Assembly (NCBI GenBank): GCA_000433875.1
Contig: HF993345.1
Span: forward strand, 1-56,803
Source: Firmicutes bacterium CAG:884
GTDB taxonomy: Bacteria > Bacillota_I > Bacilli_A > RF39 > UBA660
Reading direction: 5' to 3'
DNA: 56,803 nt
The notes under the pieces are model-generated. The model saw nothing but the letters and a program-made list of their open reading frames with translations, did no database searches and was not told where the DNA came from. This document shows positions 40,676-49,946 of this stretch, one piece after another. The translations under genes and the position numbers were made by a program. The first letter of the stretch is position 1. Every line of letters starts with the position of its first letter.

Positions 40676-42066
40676 CTAGCCAAAATATAAGCATTTTTAA
40701 ACAACATCGTTTTAGAATTATATGATAATTCTTCAGTTATAATTTTCACTCTATCTTTATTTTTCAAAACATAATTATAAGGAACAGGCTCATCATTAAC
40801 AAAAGCACCTTTCATTATTTTGCCAACATTTAATTTATAAGCATAATCAGCAATAGTTGATGACTCAGGCATTTCTACAACAGTACCAATAGGTGTATAA
40901 ACATATACCTTTTTAGACAGAATCTCTTCTTTTACCTGTTTAACAAACTCCTCATTATCTTTAAATTTAGAACTAATTTTCTCTAAAGACTGATAAAATT
41001 GAAATTTTTGCTTAAGATCATTTTGCATTACATTTCTAGCCTCACCTTTTTTTAAATCCCAATAAGCAGTCAAACCAAATGAATTAATTGTCTCCATATC
41101 AAATGTTCTTATTTGTGTTTGAACCAATTTATCATCAGGACCAAAAACAGTTGTATGTAAACTACGATACATATTAGTTTTAGGATTCCAAATATAATCC
41201 TTAAATCTACTATTTATAGGATTATATAATTTATGAACAAGCCCCAAAGAAACATAACAATCCCTTATCTCATTTACAAGTATTTTTAAAGCAAATAAAT
41301 CGTGTATTTCAAAAATTGTTTCATTATGTTCTAATCTCTTATATATTCCATATATATTTTTAGTTCTTAAATTAATACAATTTTTTATTTGTTCTTGCTC
41401 CAATAAACCCTTTATATTATATAACATTTGAATCAAAGAAGCCTTTGATTCATTTTCAACCCTTTCTTTAACTTCTTTAATTTCTTTATACTTATCAGGT
41501 TTTAAATATTGAAAAGATAGATCTTCTAATTCATTTTTTATTCTATAAGCACCAATTGAATAAGCAAGCGGCACAAATAACTCCAATGTTTCTATAGCAT
41601 TTTCTTTTTGTTTATAAACACTTTTATACTGAAGTGTTCGCATATTATGAAGTCTATCCGCTAATTTAATTATAATAATTCTTATATCTTCTGTTATACC
41701 AGATATTATTTTTTTAGTATTCGCACAAACCTCTTCTTTTTTACTAGAAAAATTCATCTTTGATAACTTAGTAACACCATCAACCAATTCAGAAACACAA
41801 GGGTTAAATAAATTACTTATCTCTTCCTTGGTAGCTTTTGTATCCTCAAGTGTATCATGCAAAAGTCCAGCACATATTGTATCCCTATCAGCTTTCATCT
41901 GTGCGAGTATATATGCAACATTAAGAGGATGAATTATATAAGGTTCACCACTTTGTCTCCTTTGACCAGCATGCATTAGCCTAGCATATTCATAAGCCTT
42001 TCTAATTATATTTTCTTCTTCAGCATTATAAGTTTTTATTAAAGCAATCAATTTTTCAATATCCAT
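40657..42066 (-). CDS. Short RelA/SpoT homologue (HD hydrolase + synthetase-like + TGS, with no C-terminal regulatory domains)
   Basis: HD block HPLNVAYIL...LLHDTLEDT, synthetase block KDYIWNPKTNMYRSLHTTV...QTQIRT, and TGS block VYVYTPIGTVVEMPESSTIADYAYKL. The protein ends about 25 aa later, at 469 aa. Confidence 0.85.
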   Translation of the reverse strand: MDIEKLIALIKTYNAEEENIIRKAYEYARLMHAGQRRQSGEPYIIHPLNVAYILAQMKADRDTICAGLLHDTLEDTKATKEEISNLFNPCVSELVDGVTKLSKMNFSSKKEEVCANTKKIISGITEDIRIIIIKLADRLHNMRTLQYKSVYKQKENAIETLELFVPLAYSIGAYRIKNELEDLSFQYLKPDKYKEIKEVKERVENESKASLIQMLYNIKGLLEQEQIKNCINLRTKNIYGIYKRLEHNETIFEIHDLFALKILVNEIRDCYVSLGLVHKLYNPINSRFKDYIWNPKTNMYRSLHTTVFGPDDKLVQTQIRTFDMETINSFGLTAYWDLKKGEARNVMQNDLKQKFQFYQSLEKISSKFKDNEEFVKQVKEEILSKKVYVYTPIGTVVEMPESSTIADYAYKLNVGKIMKGAFVNDEPVPYNYVLKNKDRVKIITEELSYNSKTMLFKNAYILARKKQTD

Positions 42067-42109
42067 ATCATCACCCCAAGAAACCAAAAAATGAGCACCA
42101 TTAAAGTAC

Positions 42110-42160
42110 TCACAATTTAAACATAGTAAGACATTTGTTAAAAATATTCATTTTCATCAT
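42110..42160 (-). CDS. Candidate 16-codon upstream ORF or leader peptide (MMKMNIFNKCLTMFKL)
   Basis: The ATG lies 8 nt downstream of a strong GGAGGTGAGG SD, between the predicted promoter and the rel-like ATG. Confidence 0.35.
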   Translation of the reverse strand: MMKMNIFNKCLTMFKL

Positions 42161-42189
42161 ATGCCTCACCTCCGATAAAATTTGAATTA

Positions 42190-42218
42190 ATTTTATAACA
42201 TTTGAAAATGATTGTCAA
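42190..42218 (-). promoter_or_regulatory. Sigma-A type promoter upstream of the uORF and rel-like gene
   Basis: On the minus strand, TTGACA (42213-42218), a 17-nt spacer and TAAAAT (42190-42195). Confidence 0.55.
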
Positions 42219-42222
42219 TAGA

Positions 42223-42582
42223 TTATTTCAATTTTTCAGTAAGTTTTTGTTCAATATTCTTAAGTCTCTCCTCATATTTTTTTAATTTTTTACTATTCAT
42301 TAAATAATCATATAATGATATATCTTTATCTTTGTACATATCATAATTAGTAGCATCTAACTCATTTACTTTTAATCTAAGTTCACTTATTTTTACTTCA
42401 TATACCTGTGCACTCGCAAGTTTATCTTGAATAACCAAATTATCAATTTCCTTTTCCAAATCATTTATCTTGCTATCAATATAATTCAAAATTAATTTCT
42501 TATTAGAGTTTCCAAACATCAAAACAACCGATGTACCAATTAAAATTAAACCAACTAATATAATAATTATATTCTTTTTCAT
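42223..42582 (-). CDS. Membrane-anchored coiled-coil protein
   Basis: 119 aa with an N-terminal TM segment (IIIILVGLILIGTSVVLMF) followed by heptad-like sequence. Confidence 0.55.
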   Translation of the reverse strand: MKKNIIIILVGLILIGTSVVLMFGNSNKKLILNYIDSKINDLEKEIDNLVIQDKLASAQVYEVKISELRLKVNELDATNYDMYKDKDISLYDYLMNSKKLKKYEERLKNIEQKLTEKLK

Positions 42583-42690
42583 AAATCCTCCAATCTAATT
42601 ATAGCATTTATATTTAAAATAATAAATAATTTTAGGTTAAAACCCATACATTTATAAACAAAATATCTATTATATTTTGGGAGGAAAAAA

Positions 42691-43131
42691 ATGAATTACT
42701 TTAATTATATGAATGGTATGGCAAATATGGGATATATGGAAAATATGAACACCATGAACAATATGAAACAAAATGAAAATAATAAAAATTTATATGATCC
42801 ATATCAAGGATTCATAAGAGGAAACTTGTTTAAAAATTTATATGATCCATATAAACTAAACAAACCATATGATATTGAACCAGCAAACGAGCAAGCTAAA
42901 ATGCTAACAAGCATAGATGCCCTTAGTTTTGCAATGAGAGACTTAAATCTCTATTTAGATATTAACCCTAATTCTAGAGAATATATCGATTTATTTAATA
43001 AATACCGAGTTCAAAAAAATGAACTTGTTAAGGAATATGAGAGCAGATATGGTCCATTAACCCTAGATAGTGATGCTATGTTTAGTTATCCTTGGGCTTG
43101 GGATAAATCTCCATTTCCTTGGGAAAATTAG
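42691..43131 (+). CDS. cotJB: Spore coat protein CotJB with an N-terminal CotJA-like segment
   Basis: CotJB core LSFAMRDLNLYLDINPNS...YESRYGPLT. It is preceded by RGNLFKNLYDPY, which is CotJA-like, and a Met/Asn-rich leader. Confidence 0.75.
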   Translation: MNYFNYMNGMANMGYMENMNTMNNMKQNENNKNLYDPYQGFIRGNLFKNLYDPYKLNKPYDIEPANEQAKMLTSIDALSFAMRDLNLYLDINPNSREYIDLFNKYRVQKNELVKEYESRYGPLTLDSDAMFSYPWAWDKSPFPWEN

Positions 43132-43140
43132 GAGGATTAT

Positions 43141-43695
43141 ATGGTGAATTATGTTAAAAAATTAGATTACCCAATAAATATTAGAAATAAAGATTTAAAA
43201 ATGGCTAAAAACCTACTAGCACAACTAGGAGGACCAGATGGTGAAATTGGAGCAGCAATGCGCTATTTCAGTCAAAAATTTACAATGCCAGATGAAAGAG
43301 GAAAAAGCTTATTAAACGATATTTCTATCGAAGAGCTTGGGCATGTCGAGATGATTGCTACAATGGTATATCAGTTAATGGAAGGCGCTACTATTGAAGA
43401 ATTAAAAGAAGCCGGTTTAATTGGATATTACACTCAACATAATAGAGGAATATACCCAGTTGATGCAAGTGGTGTACCATATACAGCAGCATATATTGAA
43501 TCAACAGGTAATTATATAGCTGACTTAACTAGTGATATGGCAGCCGAAGAAAGAGCAAGAGTTACTTATGAAAATTTAATGAACGAAACAAATGACTCAG
43601 ACCTGCTTGGACCATTATCATTTTTAAGACAAAGAGAAGTAGTACATTATAATAGATTTAAAGAATTATTGGATTTCTATAAAAATGGTCAGTAA
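43141..43695 (+). CDS. cotJC: Spore coat protein CotJC (manganese-catalase family)
   Basis: GGPDGEIGAAMRYFSQ...EELGHVEMIATMV...EERARVTYE ferritin-like di-metal motifs. Confidence 0.9.
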   Translation: MVNYVKKLDYPINIRNKDLKMAKNLLAQLGGPDGEIGAAMRYFSQKFTMPDERGKSLLNDISIEELGHVEMIATMVYQLMEGATIEELKEAGLIGYYTQHNRGIYPVDASGVPYTAAYIESTGNYIADLTSDMAAEERARVTYENLMNETNDSDLLGPLSFLRQREVVHYNRFKELLDFYKNGQ

Positions 43696-43742
43696 TTGAT
43701 CATTTTTTTATTACATTTAACATAATATTTTATGGAGGTCTT

Positions 43743-44681
43743 ATGGAAAAAATTACTGTTATATATGGCGGAAAATCATTTGAACATGATATTTCTATTA
43801 GATCATATAAAAGCTTTGCTGAAAACATAAATAAAAAATATCAATTATCAACAATATATGTTGATAAAGATGGATTATGGTACGAAAACAATAAACTTAT
43901 GAACAATATTGTTGATTTCTTAAAAGAACAAGATGTCATCTTCCCACTCATTCACGGAAATATTGGCGAAGACGGAAAATTACAAGGACTATTTGAAACA
44001 TTTGACATAAAATATGTAGGTTCAAACACTATCAGTAGTGCATTAGCAATGGATAAAGCATTCTGCAAAATAATACTAGATAAATATAACATTAAACAAG
44101 TCCCATACGTAATACTAAATAAAAAAACAAAAATCAAAGAAATAACATCTAAACTAAACTATCCTGTTATCGTTAAACCAGCCAATGGCGGATCGAGCAT
44201 CGGTATCAGTATTGCAAATAACGCAAGAGAATTAGTCAAAGCATTAAGTAATGCATTTAAATATGATAAAAAAGTTGTCGTTGAAAAATTTGTTAAAGCA
44301 AGAGAACTTGAAGTCGGTGTAATAGAAAATAATGGAATAATTTGTTCATCAATCGGTGAAATAAAAAGTCAAGGATTCTATGATTTTGATTCCAAATATA
44401 TTAAAGATACCGAAGTTATTGTTAATGCAGACCTAAAAAAAGAAACAAAACTTAAAATCAAAGAATATGCAAGAGAAATATTCAAAATTCTAGAATGCTC
44501 CGGTTTTGCAAGAGTAGACTTTTTATACGATGAAATAAATGAAGAACTATACTTCAATGAAATAAATACCATTCCTGGCTTTACAGACATAAGTATGTTC
44601 CCAAAATTATTTATTAATGATGGTTATAGCTATAGTGAAATAATTGATATATTAATCAAAAATGCAAAAAGACGCCCTTAA
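43743..44681 (+). CDS. ddl: D-alanine--D-alanine ligase
   Basis: YGGKSFEHDISIRS, HGNIGEDGKLQG, ATP-grasp block VIVKPANGGSSIGIS, and C-terminal NEINTIPGFT. Confidence 0.9.
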   Translation: MEKITVIYGGKSFEHDISIRSYKSFAENINKKYQLSTIYVDKDGLWYENNKLMNNIVDFLKEQDVIFPLIHGNIGEDGKLQGLFETFDIKYVGSNTISSALAMDKAFCKIILDKYNIKQVPYVILNKKTKIKEITSKLNYPVIVKPANGGSSIGISIANNARELVKALSNAFKYDKKVVVEKFVKARELEVGVIENNGIICSSIGEIKSQGFYDFDSKYIKDTEVIVNADLKKETKLKIKEYAREIFKILECSGFARVDFLYDEINEELYFNEINTIPGFTDISMFPKLFINDGYSYSEIIDILIKNAKRRP

Positions 44682-44693
44682 ACGTCTTTTTTT
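44667..44693. terminator. Bidirectional hairpin shared by ddl and the convergent 702-aa gene
   Basis: AAAAGACG-loop-CGTCTTTT with flanking A and T runs. The plus-strand TAA (44679-44681) and the minus-strand TAA (44678-44680) both lie in the loop. Confidence 0.6.
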
Positions 44694-46786
44694 CCTATCT
44701 TTCTCTTTAACTCTCTAACCTTTTCATTATATATTTGATTATCATTTTCTTTTAAACAATCAATTTCTCTAAAGCACCTACTTAATAAACTTTCATTTAC
44801 TTTAACTTGATTTTCTAATACCAAATCCTTTATAAGTTTCATATAAAATATATAAACCTTTAAAGTATGAGGCGTTTTATTATTCAAATAAGCCTCTTTG
44901 GCCTTACTATATAACATTATTATCTGTTCTAAAGTCTTTTTTGAGCCATCATCATTATACTCAAGCAATAATATCGGATATGAATTAGCAAAATCTTTAA
45001 TTTTATCCTTATCAACAATCTCATCAAACAACACCTCAAAACTATAAATTTTTCCATTTATCTTGCGATAAGTTACATTAAGAAATGCCGATATTTTTTT
45101 TATTTGACTAGTAAACTTTCCTTTTTCCGGTATTTGTTTTGTATTATCATAAAAATACTTAATAGCATCTACCTTACCTCTTACATAAGCTTCTGTTTCA
45201 AGTGATAAAACATCATAACAATCATCATAATAATTTTCAATTTCGTCCCTCAATATTTCTTCCTTAACTTGCTTTAAAGTTTCATATCTAAAGTTTAATT
45301 TATTAAGCTGATTATATTGCTTTATATGAGTTAATTCGTGAAAGAAAACAGAAAATGCAAATAAATTATTATTTAATGAATTATCAATCATTCTAGAATT
45401 AAGAGATATACTATAGATATTAGCTTCCCCTTCCTTATTATCAAGCGGAACAATCTTTAATTTAACAGAAGGATAATCAGCATTTTTTATTTTTTCAAAT
45501 AATTTATATAAAATAATTTCAAAATATTCATTTGTTACTTTATAATCAGGATTCTTATGTAAAAAATCAAATATTTTTTTAATATTAACATTTGAACAAA
45601 TACTTCCTGCTTTTATTTCTTCTTTTAAACTAACAATCATCTCATTAACTTCAAAATTTTCAAGGCAATTAACCATTTGTTCCTGATACCTCTCAAGCGG
45701 GACATTTTTATCAATAACATCATATATTGCCATTCTTTTATATTTATCTAAAGAAACTAAATTAAAAATATATTTAAGTTCTTGCTTAGAAATATTAACC
45801 TTTATACGACTAAAAAAATCAATCACATTAATTCTTTTAACAATAGTTTTAGTAAGTATTATATATAAATAAGTATAAATTGTTTTATCATCAATTAATT
45901 TTATTATCGTCTCAATAGTATTTTCATCAAACTTATTAGCGATTACTTCTCTTTCTAAATCTTCTTTAAAATCACTCAAATTATTTGTCATCATTAACAA
46001 AATACTATTTCCATCAATTATTTCTTGCGTATTTGGATTATATAATATTTCTTTTGCAATTTTCACATCAGAATTAGTATATATAATTTGATCAATAACA
46101 TCCTTTGTTAATAAATCAGTAAAATATGGATGCGATAAAAGTTCACATTTATCAAGATTTTTTTGATATATTCTATATAATATTTGGGGTTCTTTTACTA
46201 TTTCCTCAATAACCTTCTCATTATTTAAATAAGGTATTATACTTTTATCACATATATGTTCTATTATATAAAGTATTTCTTCAGGAAATAACTTACTTAT
46301 ATTTGCATTATCATAAAATTCCTTAATATTTTCAGGTAAAACCTTATCTTTTATATAATCTTTTATATCATCATCATCAACAAAAAGTAATAATGGTGCA
46401 TAATTATATTCTTTCTCTAAAAACTTAAAAATATGCTTTTTTAATATTAATTTTTTTATTAATTTAATATTTTCCATTTTTTCAATAATAGTACCAATAT
46501 TATCAAACTGTGCTATATAATTAACAACATTTTCATTACATAAATATTCATATTTGCTTATATCTGTTTGAAGTTCTATATATAAATAAAGTTCAATTGG
46601 AGAAACTGCTTTATAAAAGTTTAAATTACTTAAGAATAACTTTTTTCTATATTCACTTTCAGACCTAAAAAGATTAAATATATATTTAGAATCCTTTAAT
46701 GATTCTACAACCTCATCTGATAATAAAAAATCTATTTTTTCTTGATAATTTTTAATATTTTCAATCTTTTCTATTAACTCTTTCAT
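44678..46786 (-). CDS. Large hypothetical protein with a C-terminal-half HExxH motif (putative metallopeptidase-like)
   Basis: 702-aa ORF. A helical, repeat-like N-terminal 450 aa is followed by FFHELTHIKQ. Confidence 0.5.
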   Translation of the reverse strand: MKELIEKIENIKNYQEKIDFLLSDEVVESLKDSKYIFNLFRSESEYRKKLFLSNLNFYKAVSPIELYLYIELQTDISKYEYLCNENVVNYIAQFDNIGTIIEKMENIKLIKKLILKKHIFKFLEKEYNYAPLLLFVDDDDIKDYIKDKVLPENIKEFYDNANISKLFPEEILYIIEHICDKSIIPYLNNEKVIEEIVKEPQILYRIYQKNLDKCELLSHPYFTDLLTKDVIDQIIYTNSDVKIAKEILYNPNTQEIIDGNSILLMMTNNLSDFKEDLEREVIANKFDENTIETIIKLIDDKTIYTYLYIILTKTIVKRINVIDFFSRIKVNISKQELKYIFNLVSLDKYKRMAIYDVIDKNVPLERYQEQMVNCLENFEVNEMIVSLKEEIKAGSICSNVNIKKIFDFLHKNPDYKVTNEYFEIILYKLFEKIKNADYPSVKLKIVPLDNKEGEANIYSISLNSRMIDNSLNNNLFAFSVFFHELTHIKQYNQLNKLNFRYETLKQVKEEILRDEIENYYDDCYDVLSLETEAYVRGKVDAIKYFYDNTKQIPEKGKFTSQIKKISAFLNVTYRKINGKIYSFEVLFDEIVDKDKIKDFANSYPILLLEYNDDGSKKTLEQIIMLYSKAKEAYLNNKTPHTLKVYIFYMKLIKDLVLENQVKVNESLLSRCFREIDCLKENDNQIYNEKVRELKRKIGKKDV

Positions 46787-46870
46787 AAAGTTCTCCTTAT
46801 TGACTATTTATTTTATCATTTTTTACTATTTTGTCAAAACAATTTATGTAAAGAAGATTAAAAAAGAAGA

Positions 46871-48685
46871 TTACTTCTTCTTAGCATCTTCTTTCTTTCT
46901 TAATTCAGTATTTAATATTCTCTTTCTCATTCTGATATTATGAGGAGTAACCTCTACTAATTCATCAAAATTGATATAATCAAGAGCATACTCTAGAGTA
47001 ATAGGCCTTGGTCTTTTTAAAACAACTGTATGATCTTTAGATGATGATCTTGTATTTGTTAGATTTTTACCTTTTACAACATTTACTGCTAAATCATTAT
47101 CTCTATTACATTCACCAACAATCATTCCTTCATAAACTTCAACACCTGGTTCAATAAACATAACACCACGATCTTCAAGTTGACCTAAAGCATATGCTGT
47201 AGATTTACCATTTTCCATTGATACAAGAACTCCAAGAGGTCTTTCACCAACTTCAACATCTTCCATTTTTGCATATTCTTTAAATGTATGATTCATTATA
47301 CCATAACCTTTTGTTAATGTCATAAAGTCGGTTGCAAAACCAATTAATCCACGAGATGGAATAGTATATGTTAATCTTACTAGATTATTATAATTAGTCA
47401 TATTTTCCATATTTCCACCACGGTTCGCTAATTCTTCTATAACATTACCAACACATGACTCATCAACTTCAATTTGTAATTCTTCATATGGTTCACATTT
47501 AACACCATCAATTTCTTTAATAATTACAACAGGTTTAGATACTTGTACCTCAAAACCTTCACGGCGCATATTTTCAATTAGAATACCTAAATGTAATTCA
47601 CCACGACCAGATACAACCCAACTTTCTGCATCATTAGGCGCTACTTTCAAGGAAACATCCTTTTCTGTTTCTTTCATTAATCTTTCTTCTATTTTACGAG
47701 CAGTTAATTGTTTTCCATCCTGACCTGCCATTGGACTAGTATTAACCCCAATTGTCATTTGCATTGTTGGTTCATCGATTCTCAAGCGTGGTAAAGCTTC
47801 TTCTTGACCTATAGTACAAACGGTCTCACCAACTTCAATGTCTGGTAAACCAGAAATTGCAATTATTTCACCTGCTTCAGCTTCTTCAATTTCAACTTTT
47901 TTTAATCCTTTAAATCCAAATAGCTTTGCAATTCTAAATTGTTTTTTACTTTCATCAAGTCTAATACAAGAAACCATTTCGCCAACTTTGACTTTGCCTC
48001 TTTTTACAAGACCAATTCCTATTCTTCCAACATAATCATTATAATCAATTAATGCTGGTTGAAATTGTAAGCCTCCTTCTGCGCTTACTCTTGGATCTGG
48101 TACTGTATTTATTACAGCATCAAGTATTGGCTCCATAGTAGGCTTTTGTGTACTAATATCAGCATCTAAGCTACTTGTTCCATTTATTGCTGATGCATAG
48201 ATTACTGGGAACTCTAATTGTTCAAGTCCTGCACCAAGTTCAATAAATAAATCTAAAACTTCATCAACAACTTCTTTTGGACGAGCTGTTGGTTTATCAA
48301 TTTTATTAACAACAACAACTGGTGTTACACCTGCTGCTAAAGCCTTTTTTAATACGAATCTTGTTTGTGGCATCGTGCCTTCATAAGCATCAACAACTAG
48401 AATAACACCATCAACCATATTCATTATTCTTTCAACTTCACCGCCAAAATCAGCATGACCTGGAGTATCTAAAATATTTATTGTATAACCTTTATATTCT
48501 ATTGATGTTGTTTTGGCAAGTATTGTTATACCTCTTTCCCTTTCAATATCATTAGAATCCATAACACGATCTTGAACCTCTTCATTAGCTCTGAAAGTAT
48601 TAGCAGATGCAAGTAATTTATCTACTAATGTTGTCTTCCCGTGGTCAACGTGGGCTATAATCGCTATATTTTTTATCTTCTTCAT
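46871..48685 (-). CDS. typA: Translational GTPase TypA/BipA
   Basis: IRNIAIIAHVDHGKTTL-type G1 motif (NIAIIAHVDHGKTTLVD), DTPGHADFGGE, NKID, and EF-G-like domains. The start is trimmed to the ATG at 48685, behind a GAGGG SD. Confidence 0.93.
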   Translation of the reverse strand: MKKIKNIAIIAHVDHGKTTLVDKLLASANTFRANEEVQDRVMDSNDIERERGITILAKTTSIEYKGYTINILDTPGHADFGGEVERIMNMVDGVILVVDAYEGTMPQTRFVLKKALAAGVTPVVVVNKIDKPTARPKEVVDEVLDLFIELGAGLEQLEFPVIYASAINGTSSLDADISTQKPTMEPILDAVINTVPDPRVSAEGGLQFQPALIDYNDYVGRIGIGLVKRGKVKVGEMVSCIRLDESKKQFRIAKLFGFKGLKKVEIEEAEAGEIIAISGLPDIEVGETVCTIGQEEALPRLRIDEPTMQMTIGVNTSPMAGQDGKQLTARKIEERLMKETEKDVSLKVAPNDAESWVVSGRGELHLGILIENMRREGFEVQVSKPVVIIKEIDGVKCEPYEELQIEVDESCVGNVIEELANRGGNMENMTNYNNLVRLTYTIPSRGLIGFATDFMTLTKGYGIMNHTFKEYAKMEDVEVGERPLGVLVSMENGKSTAYALGQLEDRGVMFIEPGVEVYEGMIVGECNRDNDLAVNVVKGKNLTNTRSSSKDHTVVLKRPRPITLEYALDYINFDELVEVTPHNIRMRKRILNTELRKKEDAKKK

Positions 48686-48715
48686 AATTTTCATCCCTCT
48701 TTTTTGTACTTTGGT

Positions 48716-48743
48716 ATTATAGCACATTTTTGAATGATGTCAA
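48716..48743 (-). promoter_or_regulatory. Sigma-A promoter of typA (extended -10)
   Basis: On the minus strand, TTGACA (48738-48743), a 16-nt spacer ending in TGC, and TATAAT (48716-48721). Confidence 0.6.
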
Positions 48744-48823
48744 ACTGTTTTTTTAATTTTTTTGTTAATTTTTGTATAATTTTGTATATTTATAAATAAT
48801 TAATATTCCAAAAGATAATGTTT

Positions 48824-48858
48824 AAAAAAAAAGAAACAAAATTATAACATTTTGTTTC
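48824..48858 (-). terminator. Intrinsic terminator after the LysM gene
   Basis: On the minus strand, GAAACAAAAT-gttata-ATTTTGTTTC followed by T9. It overlaps the TGA stop at 48857-48859. Confidence 0.8.
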
Positions 48859-49933
48859 ACTTAGGAATAACAAGTATTTGACCAATACTTAATAAATTGC
48901 TTGTTAAATTATTTACTTTTTTTAAATTAGAAACACTAACTCCAAACTTATCAGCAATGCTATATAAACTATCACCTGATTTTACTGTATAAGTTCTTGA
49001 TTTACTTGTTTCAGGTATTACTAATTCTTGACCTACTGTCAAAGTATTTGTTGTTAAACCATTTGTTTTTTTTAATTCATCAACACTTATTCCATACTTC
49101 TTAGCAATACTATATAGGCTATCTCCTGCTTTAACAACATATCCTATTTCTCCTTTAACTTCGGGAATAACTAGTTTTTGACCCAAACTTAAATTATTTG
49201 TTGTTAAACCATTAGCTTTTTTTAATTCATCAACGCTTATTCCATATTTCTTAGCAATACTATATAAACTATCGCCTGATTTTACTGTATATGTATTTAT
49301 TTTACTTTCGTTTGTTGGGATTAATAATTGTTGACCAACTTCCAAATTAGTAGAACTTAAATTATTATACTTAATCAACTCATCAACGGATAAGTTATAT
49401 TTTTTGGCAATATTATATAGACTGTCTCCTTTTTGTACAATATATACGGAATAATCTCCTGTAACTGGTTTAGACTCCGTTGGAATCTTTAATGTTTGAC
49501 CTACATTTAATAGATTACTTGTTAAGTTATTTGCATTTTTAAGGTCTTCAACGCTGACTTTGTATTTATTAGCAATACTCCATAAACTATCACCTTTTTG
49601 AACAGTATAATTTGTTCCTGTACCATATCCTATATAATCAAGTATAGCATCAACAACAGCATTAGCATATTTTTCTGCATTATTTTTTAATTGTTCAACA
49701 TCATCACCTTTACTATCTAAAAATCCATATTCAACAAGGACGGGTTCAGTATTACCTGTATTTCTATGAATAAAATAATAATCTTTAGATGTATTGCTTG
49801 GCAATCTTCTTTGATATGCTTCTCTAATATTTTGACCTGCTTTTGCGAGAGAATTCAAAATTTTATTTGATAATGTGCTTTTATTACGCAAAGCATAAAT
49901 TACTTCAGCACCATCACCACCTGGTGAGTTCAT
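48857..49933 (-). pseudogene. 5'-truncated N-acetylmuramoyl-L-alanine amidase (Amidase_3) with five C-terminal LysM domains
   Basis: The ORF begins inside the catalytic domain (NSPGGDGAEVIY...PVLVEYGFLDS). The N-terminal Zn-ligand GHGG region and the signal peptide are absent. In-frame stops (TAA, TGG, TAA) lie immediately upstream of the ATG. Five YxVxxGDSLxxIAxKY LysM units follow. Confidence 0.7.
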
Positions 49934-49946
49934 TTACCATTAGCAA

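Noticed and set aside
48900-49650. Periodic DNA repeats of about 150 nt looked at first glance like an array such as a CRISPR or a satellite.
   Set aside because: They are in-frame LysM domain repeats, five copies of which two are nearly identical. There is no short direct-repeat/spacer organisation, and no CRISPR array is visible anywhere in the window.
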